A stretch of DNA of 64,000 nt from Haliotis rubra (Eukaryota): the NCBI RefSeq assembly GCF_003918875.1, contig NW_025767141.1, positions 434,001 to 498,000 on the forward strand, in the 5' to 3' direction. A program made the position numbers and the translations under genes. Of this stretch, positions 51,905 through 64,000 are shown piece after piece; position 1 is the stretch's first letter; each line of letters begins with the position of its first letter. The notes beneath the pieces are model-generated. The model was not told where the DNA came from and did no database searches. It was given only the letters and a program-made list of their open reading frames with translations.

Positions 51905-54027
51905 ATGTCTCAGGTGAATGTCTCCTTCGACTATTTACGACTAAGTATCTGTGATATATCTGGAAAGTCCAGAGGAAGAGTTGTTCATTCCCGTCATGCC
52001 GAGCACACCTGTAGAACTGGAGTCACAGTAGGAATAGGTATGTCTTGTCATCTGTAATGTTTCCCTTTCTGTGTTGAAATTGTAAGAATGTGGGTACTCG
52101 GCAGGATTGGTAGGTGAGACTCGTTGGTTAGGTCAGTAATATCATTCTTCCATGGATCGATGTTTGTGACCTGTTGCCAGTTCCAGACATATTTATACAC
52201 CTCCATCATATAGCTGGCATACAGTGTTTGCCCTTAAACCTGAAAATCTGCAAGCCCTAAGAACCCAGAACCATAAAAAGTCATGGGTCCTGATCAAAAT
52301 ATGTAGGCCCTATATTTTAGCTACAATATAATTTCCAGCAAACAAAAAATATAACTAACAAGCTGAGTTTAAGAGTTTAATTTAGAAATTTAAACTAGAA
52401 ATTACTGAATGCTATTTTCTCAAAAATATTACTTTAAGGTTATTGGGGATGAAAAAGTTGTCGGCCATTAGGACCGGCAAAGCTGTGGGTCCGAATTGTT
52501 TTCAGTCGGCTTCTGGTCTAAGAACTGATTTCAAACGTTGCTAGCATAATACGATAAACAGAATAAAATACATTGCCTAGTTAAGTTGTTTATCGCCCTT
52601 TATCTCCTTCTTATGTGTGTAGTTATTTTTGTTTAGTTGTTTTCTTTCCTGTTCTTTTGTCTTGTTGTTTGTGTGAGTTGGAGGTGGGCTGTTTGATTTC
52701 TGTTGTGTTTAATTTCGACTGAATTTGACATAGTTTGACTTAATGCAATGATGTTGTTAAGTAGCAGTATAACTTATCGTCGAGCCCAGATAACTGATTG
52801 TCTTGTCGAGGATGGAATATTGAGGGGCCCATGGTATTCTGTAGCGGTAAACAACAAACAATAACAATCATAACCATGAATGTTTTGAAAAGCTTTATTG
52901 AAGTAGAACATCATTGTCTGGAAATATTGCAGGCGTTCCTGTGGCACTGCGAAGGGATTATGGATTTGTAATAATTCCCGACCTCAGCACAATGAAGACT
53001 ATTTCCTGGGATGGAGGTGAACAGTACAAGGTGGCTGAGGTGATCTGTGATGCGTATTGGTTGAAAGACAAGACACCTCTTACCCTTTTTCCGAGGTATG
53101 CTGCTCAAAAACAGCTTCAACGATTGGCAGATAATGGGTATGCAATGTTATCAGGATTTGAGATGGAATACATGTTGTATTATAAAGGCCTACCTGCGTC
53201 GGGGAAATATAAAATGTATCACTTGGACCATTTTCAACACAGCGAATTTCTCTTTGCCTTAGATAAAGGCATGCGCGATGCAGATGTTGATGTTGAGAAC
53301 TTCCATTCAGATTTGGATGCAGGGCTCTACGAAAGCGTTTTAAAGGCATCCAAAGGCATCACTGCTGCTGACCAGGCTTTTACCTTTCGAAGTGGAGCCC
53401 TTCAAGTTGCAAGTAAGCATGCAGATTATGAAGTAAGCTTTTACTCAAGACAAGACACGGGTGAAGTCGGAATGCATTATAATCATTCAGTGTTGTCGGT
53501 GGAAAGTGGTGAAAATATTTTCAGTGATTCAAGCAAGCCCGATGGTATATCAGATTTGGGAAGATGTTGGCTTGCTGGACTTCTAAAACACTCAAAGGCT
53601 CTTTCAGCCTTCTGGTGTCCGACTGTAAATTGTTATGATCGACTCCACCGTCCAAGGAGACCAGGGAATATCAACTGGGCGTGTGAAAATCGTCTTTCAT
53701 GTTTCCGCGTTAAAGCAGATACTGATAAAATAGGCGTCTACTTCGAGAACCGGATTCCAAGCGGCAGCAGTAATCCATATCTGACTATGGCTGCCACGAT
53801 AGCAGCAGGTTTAGACGGGGTATTCAATAACTTGGATTGTCCTCCTGAATGCCTAGACACAAATGATCCATCTTCTAACTACCACAGCAGCTAATACTCT
53901 ACCAACCTCTCTCCCCGAGGCTCTGTCTGCTCTCCAGGCAGATACTGACATGGTGAATATTCTCGGGAAGGAGCTGGTGGAATGGTTTGTTGCAGCTGCA
54001 AATAGAGACATTAAAATAAACAGCTGA
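51905..54027 (+). pseudogene. Lengsin-like / GS-fold protein, copy 3, with a +1 frameshift near the C-terminus (truncated allele or sequencing error)
   Basis: Exons 51905-52037 and 52933-54027. An extra A at about 53881 (TCTAACTACCACA versus TCTAACTCCACA in copy 1) gives a stop at 53892-53894. The homologous tail AANTLPTSLPEAL...RDIKINS* is intact in the shifted frame up to TGA 54025-54027. Confidence 0.75.
52222..52540. mobile_element. hAT-type MITE in intron 2 of GS-like copy 3
   Basis: TIR-like CAGTGTTTG / CAAACGTTG, 8-bp TSD CTGGCATA / CTAGCATA. Absent from copies 1 and 2. Confidence 0.8.
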
Positions 54028-54469
54028 TACATTAATTCCAGCAATTGTATTCAAAGCCACTTATTCTCTATCCTCGAAAAAGGTTTAATAGATAACTCTT
54101 TTAGTGGCTGATAATACTGGTTGAGTTAGTAGAATTTGTTAGGGTCTGCTTGGTCCATTCGAAAACGCCCGCAGTGAGCAGAACCTTTCCTAGGTACATC
54201 CTATATGTGGTGTGTAACTTATTTTGTATGCTACCATCGGACACCCATATAGCGGTGATTGTTTCCAAATAACCCGATGACATCACTTATAACCACACTG
54301 TCGACACGAATATATGCAATTTCACATACACAATGTATTGCTTCCGTGTATAACGACAATATAATAATATAATCCTGATGTTTATGTTCAGTAATGGTTT
54401 CATGTCAAGACTCTGTGTATGAACACATTCCAATACCACCATAACGTAGAGTCTTAGCTCATAACATAT

Positions 54470-55200
54470 ACTACTGGAATAAAGTAACTGTGCATTATTT
54501 AATGTTATGCCATTTTAATGCAAAGAGATGGTAACATGATTTGTGGTGTTTTCATTGATCACTGTTTAACTGGTGACTGGATAATATGTAGATTTGACAC
54601 TAGACATTGTAACACACCCTTAAAGAGATGTGGTGTAAAAGTTACAAATTCAGTATCGTGTGTATCCACCATTGGCGTTGATACAGGCTTAACAAAGACG
54701 ACGCATAGTCGACACGATTAAAGAAAGGTTGGGGAATGTTGTTCCATGTCTGAACCAACGCTTGTCTCAATTCAGCTAACGTAAATGGCTGATTCTGGGC
54801 TTGGCTCCATTTCCTCCCAAGAGGACGGGTCCGGTAAAAACAGCTGGCCAGGGGAGTACAGGAATAGTCTGCTTTCTTAGGAAATCTGTAACAACACGAG
54901 CGACATGTGGACGGTCATTATCTTGCTGATTCTCTGTCCTTGAATGAACGGCTGCACATGTGGCTCGGTGGTCTAATCCCTGTATCACAGACCTGTCAGA
55001 TTGCCATTGACAAGGACAAATTGTGTCTGAACATGAGTTGTGATTATTCCCCATACCATAACGCGGTCGCCACCAAACTGTCGACGTTGAACAACGCACG
55101 CGTCAGCATACCGTTCACCTCGCCGTCTGTACATCCTAGCCCTGCTGTCTGAGCTGTCAAGATGAAACCTCGACTCATCAGTGAACAAAACACCATGCTT
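54470..55200 (-). mobile_element. Second Tc1-family relic (3' half of transposase)
   Basis: FTDESRF...GGDRVMVWG and QQDNDRPHVARVVTDFL...LPWPA in broken frames. Boundaries approximate. Confidence 0.85.
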
Positions 55201-56865
55201 GTTCTGCTAGTTGGCAGTAGTCTCCCTTTCTCTTCTTTCCTCTCTGGCATTAGATGTATTAATTGTAAATTAGCATTTATTTGAAACTATGGGAGAGGGA
55301 GTTCTAAGTTATGATTAAATGTGCTCAATCGTTTTCAGGAGAATAAAAGCTAAAAAGCCCCCAATTATGTTTTCATTGTGTCATTAACGTCTTCAACACA
55401 TTTTGCATTCGGTGTTACTTTCGTGATTTTCACACTTCTGCGATTCGTTATAAGTCAGTATTTCTATTGGTTTTCAATATTCCAGTAGCAGGTAAGTCAG
55501 CTCTGATTGCTTTAATGTACTGTGTTTGTGTAATCAGACTGACAATGTGTCGTCCACAACGTATAGGGTAAATGATATACTTCATATAATTGAACTATAA
55601 GGTGATAAACTTGATATTCATAGTCTGTGATTTGCGGACTTCTGACACTTTGCTTCCGCAGACATAAAATGTTAATCATTGTCCCCGCACAGGGCGCCTT
55701 AGACCAAGAACATACGTCCTGGCTCCCGTTTCAGAAACAATAAATACAGTTTTAGAAGCTTTGATCAGAATTGGTCCCGCGCAACTTACGCTCGTCCGAA
55801 GGGGACACTTTCGTGTGGTCAGGAGCGGTCACCTGGCTCAAGGCATTTCAAAGCACCCTGTATTTTCAAACATGGTTTCTGGAGTGTTTGGTTTAGGCTG
55901 ACTGTTGACTGTTTGACTGTAGACTGCACACAAGCATTTTACCCTTTTATAGAAATTACACGGGAAGACGTGGTGAAAGCATCCATACATTTATTCGCCG
56001 TATATAAGTCTGCAATACAATCGACAGACTCAACTGACAATAGCGCGCATGCACGCATGCACACATGCACGCACGCACACGCACACACAATCGGTACAGC
56101 CCTCTGTAACACGCCAGTCTCTCTTATCCGTTACCCTAATCCAGCTGCCGCACAACATCACCCAATAAACTCAAATCAAATCTATGTACATATTACTAAA
56201 TACAGAATTCCCGAATCTAAGGATACAAACAAACCTCGAGCGTCGAACGAAACCGGATGTGATATTGTGTGAAATGCAAAGGGAAATAATACCAACGTGG
56301 GATAACATACAAACCAGTAGAAAATGTGGCCAGAATATAACTTTACACTGGGCGTCCATAAACTTGGTTTCGTCGAAATATGCCTGAAATATTGTCGATG
56401 CCAATATAAATTTTAACTCACCAACTTCTAGATGTTACATCACCATTTATTAATGACCTGGATAGCTGATGGTGAAATCCTTCTTACTTAGGCTGAATAT
56501 GGTTGAGGAGCATCACGAACATTACTTCAAACTTTACCCTGTAATAGCCTAGTACTTCAGGAGGGACCATGCGATGTGCATGAGGGCTGACAACAGATTT
56601 CAATATCCTGTCGATCCGTGCTCTCCGTCCATTATCCTTCTGTATGGTGTGGAGATGAAATTCTTTCACAGGCGTTATCCATTTACGAACTTGAAAGATT
56701 CGTTAGCCGCCTGAAAAAAGTCCAATATATCCACTTCTGCAAATGATGCTCCTTAGAAACCCGGAATGTTTATTGTCTTGCAGCCTTTGAAGTAATTTCC
56801 AGTGGCTGCAACAATATGTTTGCGCCAAGAATCTGATTCATGACAAGGTCCTACTTTGAATAATA

Positions 56866-57155
56866 CAACCTGCCTTTCCCGCTGCCAATATTATTCTGCC
56901 AACATTAAAACATATAGCTCACACTGAGTTTGCATCTCCCCCCTGAAGGTTGATACAACAAGAACCACTGTCGTTGGATCCAGACCCTTATCAAGATTAC
57001 CCCATGTTTGCTCCAAGATTCTGATTTATGACAACCTGCCTTTCCTGCTGCCTATATTATTCTCCAAAATATAGTCCCCACTCAGTTTGCATCTCCTTCT
57101 CCCTGGCAGTTGGTACAACCAGAGGATCCAGACCCATATCAAGATTACCTCATGA
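56866..57155. repeat. Diverged direct repeat pair
   Basis: ACAACCTGCCTTTCC...GGATCCAGACCC.TATCAAGATTACC occurs twice (about 56866-57005 and 57031-57155). Confidence 0.8.
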
Positions 57156-57627
57156 CAGTACCACCTTTACAGCAGAATCAACACGACGTTGTTTTCTGTT
57201 GGTTACCCAGCCATGTTAGGACACAGCGGCTGGTGATGCAGCTGACGTAGCCCTCAACTAATCTGTAACACCACACTTGATATTCTTCGCTGATTATAAA
57301 CCCACCGTTTTTATGTTAAGATGAATTGTATATTTCTGGTAAACAGATGCACGGATTGAAGATTGTTGACAGCTGTTGAAAGACCAATGTAGACGAGTAG
57401 TAGGTCAGATCAATGTAGACAATGCATCGAGGGGTTTTGAAACGTCGATGTCAGCAGACAGACGAACGTACATCCAATGTAGTAATCCGCCCGTACATCT
57501 CAACAGCCACCGCTTATATACCTGCCATACAGTTCTGGAAAAATCCAGCCAAATCTATTCCACAACACAATGATCGAATCGCTTCTCGATTTTGATTAAC
57601 AAAAACACATCCTCATAACAGAAAGAA

Positions 57628-58290
57628 TTAATGAATGAATGAATGAATGAACACTCCTTATTTCCCCTATGATTTGGAGAATATGTGCCATGTCGTTATA
57701 TTACATTACTTGTCAGTGGCAATGACAATAGATACATATGTATGACAGGGAAACAGGGTTTTCAGAAACGAAGAGAAACATGAAACACTGTATTTACATG
57801 GTGTACGACATATTTTCACAAATATCATATTCACCTTAAGTTTCATGGGCTGACATTTTTAACCACGATATTCATGAATGTTGCCCAGCTGCCACGTGTC
57901 ACATCATGAACCACATCTATAATGGCATCGAGATATGTCAGAACCTTACCTTCATCACTAGCAGTGGCCTCGAGCCTGAGATAGGTGTCAAGGCTAAGAC
58001 TATCAAATAAAGACTTGCTAAGTACCTTTCTGTGTTCAATGAGGCTTTCACAGTAAAGGAATTGATGCTTAACAATGTCCTCACACTCGTGGTCACATGG
58101 CAGATACTGCCCCGATGTTACAGGTAATATGCCGAGCTTTACCTGCGCATATACAGGAGGACATGCAATCACATACCATACACACAGATCCCAGAGACGA
58201 TGTGGAGCAAGTTGGGTGTGAATATCACTAAACCTATGCATATCTTGATGTTGTTGCAAAGTGTATTTCCACTTCATATTTTCATTTCTT
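57628..58290 (-). mobile_element. LINE 3' fragment (C-terminal Cys/His region of ORF2 plus tail)
   Basis: The ORF segment HTQLAPHRLW...PCDHECEDIVKHQFLYC...R resembles the C-terminal CCHC-like region of LINE RTs. It is followed by a short UTR, AATAAG and a (TTCA)n tail. Confidence 0.6.
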
Positions 58291-59467
58291 TCAGGTTGTC
58301 GTATTGTGTGTGTTTGTGATTGTTTCGGTGCTTGTTTACCCATGACAGGTCTCAGGTGAGATAAAGGCAACTAATTCGCTTAAAAGGATACCCCTCTAAG
58401 TAGAATCAATACAGGTAGTTCCCCCGGATATTACCGTACATTTGGCTTGTATGTTCATGTTGTCACAGCTCGTCATCGTCATGGTATTCTGTTTAATGTA
58501 ACGTGAGATTTGCCTAGTTAACTGCCCATTTATCGGGCTGAGATATAGTTCATACGTACATGACATCAGTCAAATACTTTAAATGTGGGTTATGGAACAT
58601 CAGTGATCAGTATCAGTATTCATAACATTCATAGTTCTTGCCATTTGACTTGGATATGGCGTTAAAGGTCAGTTAGATCAATATCTGTTTCACATTTCCT
58701 CGATATATATACATAGAGGGGAACATCTATGTAGACTTTTGAATGAAACCAGCCGTATAATTGATGCATCCGTTCCGTCATTAATATTAATTAATGATGT
58801 TATCGCACCTAATGTTCCATTGCACGCCTCCAGGAAATAAATATAGAGTTCTGTTTTTGTGTACAGAGTGGTATGTTCGGGGCTATGATTATGGGTTCTC
58901 TACTTCATGACATATTATATATTTTAATTACGTGGTTTTTTTATCAAATTAGAGTCTGATACACCTAAACGACAGACATTGCATGTATTTTATGGCATCA
59001 AGTGTTTTGAATGCGAGCACCAACATGTAACACGCAAATAGACGCATTTTCTTCTTCTTTTACGTGTCGTGCCATTCGAACCTGGGCCTTAAACTGTACG
59101 AACATCTGTGGAGTACAGTGTATTTATCATAATAAAATGAAAGTAAAATACGCCTGATAGGTTAGGATATTATTTATGCTTCGTGTATATGGATGCATGC
59201 TTTTCGGTTCATATTTCCCTTGGCCTTTCCAATTATTTCCGTGTTGCTTATCAGTGAGAGAGTGTGGGATGTTGTCTATTATACGATGCTTTCAGGTACA
59301 ACGTTAACTTTGGAATAACCCTGCGTGTTGGCGTCCGGCCGCACAATAATCTGTTTAATATTACAGTACAATGAACATAGATGAACATTTATTTAGGCTA
59401 CACATAGCGTGTATACATTATAGGTTGATGTATCAAATGTACAGATGAAATTATTTGTGATAATTAT

Positions 59468-59620
59468 GTGAGTTTAAGTTTACGCCGCACTCAGCAATAT
59501 TCCAGCTATATGGCGACGGTCTGTAAATAATCGAGTTTGGACCAGACAATCCAGTGATCAACAGCATGAGCATCTATCTGCGCAATTGGGTTACGATGAC
59601 ATGTGTCAATCAAGCCAGCG
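59468..59620 (-). mobile_element. SINE family 1, 5'-truncated
   Basis: 3' two thirds of the consensus. Confidence 0.82.
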
Positions 59621-60327
59621 ATTTGTGACATGTACACATGGATTGATGTATATGTGATATCCTCTACACATTGCTTAATAAATATAGTATATTCTGACGT
59701 GCATAAGAAAGTACACACTTGGTGTTTTGGGACTATTCCGAAAAAAAAAAACATAAATATTTTGCAAGCAATGTTGTAATTGGGTACAATATCTGTGGTG
59801 TTTTGGAAACACTTGTACAATGTTTGTGACAAGGCAGAAACAAAACACTTGTTCAGTATAATTGCCGTTTTAAGAAAATATTTTACAAAGAATCAGGTGT
59901 GTACTTTCTTTTGAACGTCAGTACATTAAGATAGAATCAGGGTGTATCAACATATACACATAATATGTATATATACACAATGTTCAGTAACATCAGCTTA
60001 TATTGGGAATGACACACTAAACGTGACACATTAAGGATCTACATTCATATTGCATTGTAGCCTAAACCAGCGGAACATACAATCATCTATTATATTGGTA
60101 TCACAGTCCAGTCATTGAGGTTGCAGTTGCAGATATTTAGGAACGCATCATTTCCATTCTTCAAGACGTTTACAACTATGATGGTCAAACCCACAAATTC
60201 ATTCGTTTCATCCCAGCACATCTCAGCACTTTTGGAGCGTCTTAAAGACCTGTTCCGCCCTGGTCCCCACCAGTCAAAGATTTATAGCAGGCTTCGTCAA
60301 TGCCAACTGCCTGTCACAACATGACAC

Positions 60328-62433
60328 TCAGAAACACTTCTTGTGAACAATGCTTGGTCCACATTCATCATACTCCTGCTTGGAGATCCACATTTGTTGA
60401 AAGGTTGAAAGCGAGGCCAAGATGGAGGCGCCGATCCACACCGAGTACTTCCGTTCAGGTGGAGATATAACCTTGACCTTGATTGAAGATGGCACGATGG
60501 AGCTCAGTTCCTTCACCATTCGGTCTGCCAGACCTGTAAAGACGCAAAAGGGCGTTATTTACTTGCCATACAGTACAAAATGGGACATACATAAATCGAC
60601 TGCAAACTACAGTCATGCACTTTTACATTTGCCCATACAGAACAGCTGAAAGAGGAGTCAGTAAGAAGCGTTTAATTCGTCATTGGGGTTATGCTACATT
60701 GTGTTTCAATGAGCCCAGACTCAATATGCAATCAATCAAAATGGAGTGAGTAAGTATGTGTATATGCCAATGCCGTATACGGCCACTGATAATGTGACTG
60801 ATACCGGGAACGTAAGCTCACCTGGATACATTGTTGATCCCCCTGACAGAACCACGTTGCTGTACAGATCCTTCCTGATGTCAATGTCACAGTTTACCAC
60901 CGAGCTGTTGACCATCTCGTGGATGCCTGTACTCTCCATACCTGGAGGGAGAACACATGTATGAGCGAAGGAGTTGTGATTATATACTACAGATTGTTAT
61001 ATGTATCAAGGACCAGCATCAAGTATACATGTTTATTAATGAACAATATCGGTCATCGTCTGTGCTGATGACGATAAATGTTTAAAAAACACAAGTTCCG
61101 TTAGAACTGGATTATTTACCATCCTGTAACACTTACCCATGAAGCTTGGCTGGAACAGACACTCTGGAGCTCGGAACCTCTCATTGCCGATAGTTATCAC
61201 AGACCCGTCCGGCAGCTCGTATCCTTTTTCAATGGTGCTGGACTGTGCAGCTGACACCATCTCTGACTCGAAGTCCATGGCAACATAGCAGAGCTTCTCC
61301 TTGATGTCTCTCCATCTCAGCTGCAAACACAACATTTCAAGTTGTCACAAACACGATACACGAAAAAATGACTGTAATCATATAATATTTATTGACAACT
61401 AACAATATAGAATATCTGTGATGATAAGGGATCTTATGACCTTACTTATAAATCAATATATGCCCCAAATAAATCTCTTATCAAGGCTGACCAAGCATTT
61501 TTAGGTGTTATGCGGCCTTCATAGGTATGCTAAAAAGGCGGCCAAAGACTGTTGGTGAGGTCAAGAAAATCTGTGACAAATATACGTTTAAATGGTTAAG
61601 AGGTGATGGCAGACACGTGTGGACCATTACAAGATATGAATGACCACTCACATGATGTAGTAAAGTTGTATCCTCTCTCGTGCAGAATCCGGCTGAGGTA
61701 GGAGGTCAGGTGGCGGCCAGCCAGGTCCATTCTCCGGACAGCATGGGGCAGGGCGTACCCTGAGATTAACACAAATCAAGTTATACAATAAGTGTCGTGT
61801 CACTGACAGAAATACATGTCGAGTACGACGCCAGTGGTTCTCCCCGAAGCGTATAACGACAGCACCGCCTGGATACCCACATAGAAGGCTGGAGTGTTGA
61901 ATGTTTCATACATGATCTGTAATAAGGAAACAATAATATCAGTGACACGATTGAGATATGTTAAATGTCAATTGTTACATAAAAAGGTGCGATTATTGCA
62001 TCCTTAAGAAAACAGGTTACGTCATGAAAACAGCCTCATTGTCTTACCGACAACCATTTTCACAATCCCCAATTGTAATTGAATTTTCAAGCTGCATCAA
62101 GGAGAAATGTGATTTATCTGGACCTGACAAACTAGTGGGTGACATCATGAACACCACTTCATGCAGCCGATGTGCGGTAACTGCTGTTTTGTAAGGACGT
62201 GAACATCATGAATAGTGTCTATTAATCTTAGAGTATTTGACTTAGAAGTTAGAAGTATACCCTGAAATCTCAATAAAGTGAACCTGCGGTTGATGACATT
62301 ATATGTTTAACAGTGAGACCTCCCCATAGTCTGGTCATTGTAACAACGTGCCCCCTACCTGCACCATCTTCTCTCTGTTAGACTTGGGGTTGAGTGGTGC
62401 CTCTGTCAGAAGTACTGGGTGCTCCTCGGGTGA
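60328..62433 (-). pseudogene. Divergent actin, multi-exon, disrupted (covers about residues 97-375)
   Basis: Exons: 62433-62359 ([25 protein letters not shown]), 61916-61818 (IMYETFNTP...GRTTGVVLD, truncated), 61759-61652 (GYALPHA...), 61320-61137 (about 8-nt deletion before RDIKEKL), 60941-60822, 60533-60328 (...[20 protein letters not shown]). No N-terminal exons recognised in 62434-64000. Confidence 0.85.
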
Positions 62434-64000
62434 GAAAATCGCCGCCGAGTGATAAAAGCTTTTGCTACAAATATTCCTAGTCCATTAATCCTAATTGCAG
62501 TGTATAAGAAATAACGTTACATGTCACCTACCTGTAGTAACTTGACTGTTTCCAGTTCTCAATGTCTTTGATTCCTCCACTATTAACTGCTGGGTATTTA
62601 TGCCCGGGTACTGACCTATTTCCTGGAATTCTCATATCGATTATTCATATTTCTCTCCTTGTATGGAAGGAAATCCCCGATAAATATAGAAGTCGCCCAA
62701 CTTCCAAGAAAACAGGTGAACCCTGAGCTAAAAATAGATATGATTTGTCCCAGGTAGCAGGGCGTCGCATATCGCCTACAGTGTGTAGACAGTGAGAAAC
62801 TATATATGTAGGTAAACATCACCCTGACCTATATTGTCACAACAACAACAACGTTAGTCACACAAACCGATGATAGATCTTGTACAGGGTTTACATGTAG
62901 ACATGGAATATTCAGAAAATCGTCTGTATATTATCAATTCTTTGTTATAATTTGTCAATATTTCCATGAATCAATAAATGAGCATCACCTCGTATAAACT
63001 GGAATTCATTTAGACATCATTATAAATATTTTGTTAGTGATATGAATGGGAAATACATTAGATTCACTTCGATATTGGCAAAAATAACTTGAGGAACACT
63101 TCATTTAAATGTAAAATCTGTTTGCATGTTTCTTATAAATTGATATTGTTGTAAATGATTATGTTGCATCACATAACTGGTATAAAACAACGCCCGTTTT
63201 CTTTGTTCGTATTTGGAAACATGTATCCCAGACACGATATATATGTTCAAATATAATATTGTATGAAGGGACAATTGATTGGATGTGTAAGTGATCGTTT
63301 AATCGCATTCCTAGTGGAGTGCCCTGATTGATAGAACTTTAAAAATCAGATTTTGTAGAGTGGATGCATTAATAGTAAAGTTCAATATAATGCTCTGCGC
63401 TGACTGTAATGGTGGAAGGCTGTGACACAAACCCCTATAAATAGCAACTGACACAGCGTGGTTGTGGTTGGTTGGTTGGTTTTATTGTTTTAGGGCTACG
63501 TGGACCAGTAAGAGGCCTATTTGCGCCCACACGTGGTTGTGAAACGATGTCAGGGTTACTTCCCTTGGTACTTGGCAATCGATAAATGCAGCTACTCCCT
63601 CAAATGTGATTTTGTTTTCGATAAAGTAAGGCATTTCCAAGTATCGCCTTTCTATGTCGATAAAGTACGTTATTGATTACACAGGTAGTTTTTGTTTTAA
63701 AATAAATAGTTTCAGAAACATTAAGAAGCTGCAAGGTTTTGAAAATACAACTTTGAGTATAACGGTAAATAAAGTCTACTTTAGTTGATATACGACCCCT
63801 CATATTGTTGTTGACTGTATAAGGAGCGTGACTGCCACAGCTTGATATGGAAGTAAGCAAGCTGTATGTCGGTAATCAATACAGCTTCGCAAAACTACCA
63901 TGTATGGACGAAAACAGTATGCTACGTAAAATCCATGTGATATTCGTGTTATTATTGTTATCGTGTTCCAAACATATCACAGATTGGGATAAGTGGTCTT

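Noticed and set aside
34751-54027. Recent horizontal transfer or bacterial contamination as the source of GS-I-like genes
   Set aside because: The genes have spliceosomal introns containing host SINEs, and lengsin-like GS-I genes are widespread in animals; nothing here indicates recent transfer.
56484-56700. Possible BEL/Pao C-terminal remnant (FQVRKWITP)
   Set aside because: Similarity too short to support by eye.
57843-58370. 175-aa ORF as a host gene
   Set aside because: Better explained as a LINE ORF2 C-terminal remnant followed by a (TTCA)n tail.
1340-62433. EF-hand, GS-like and actin genes as one functional gene cluster
   Set aside because: Adjacency alone is not evidence in an animal genome; conserved synteny and co-expression would be needed.

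Overview
Eukaryotic, intron-containing, repeat-rich DNA. The SINE families point to a gastropod mollusc, most likely abalone (Haliotis); this is an inference. Three gene blocks were reconstructed by hand from splice sites. (1) A minus-strand tandem cluster of three secreted four-EF-hand proteins: 1340-5025 (partial), 10107-15028 (intact) and 19277-23546 (His-rich, exon 3 scrambled). (2) A plus-strand tandem triplet of lengsin-like, type-I glutamine-synthetase-fold genes at 34751-36351, 41790-44059 and 51905-54027, the last with a 1-nt frameshift. They keep the metal/ATP/glutamate residues, apparently lack the ammonium-specific ones, and have their differences clustered in active-site loops. 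(3) A divergent, intron-rich actin with three lesions (60328-62433, minus). The rest is SINEs, Tc1/mariner and pogo relics, hAT/Harbinger MITEs, solo-LTR-like elements, LINE tails and one N gap. The best candidate for a new system is the diversifying GS-like cluster as putative gamma-glutamyl-amine ligases. Several local scrambles could be assembly consensus errors.
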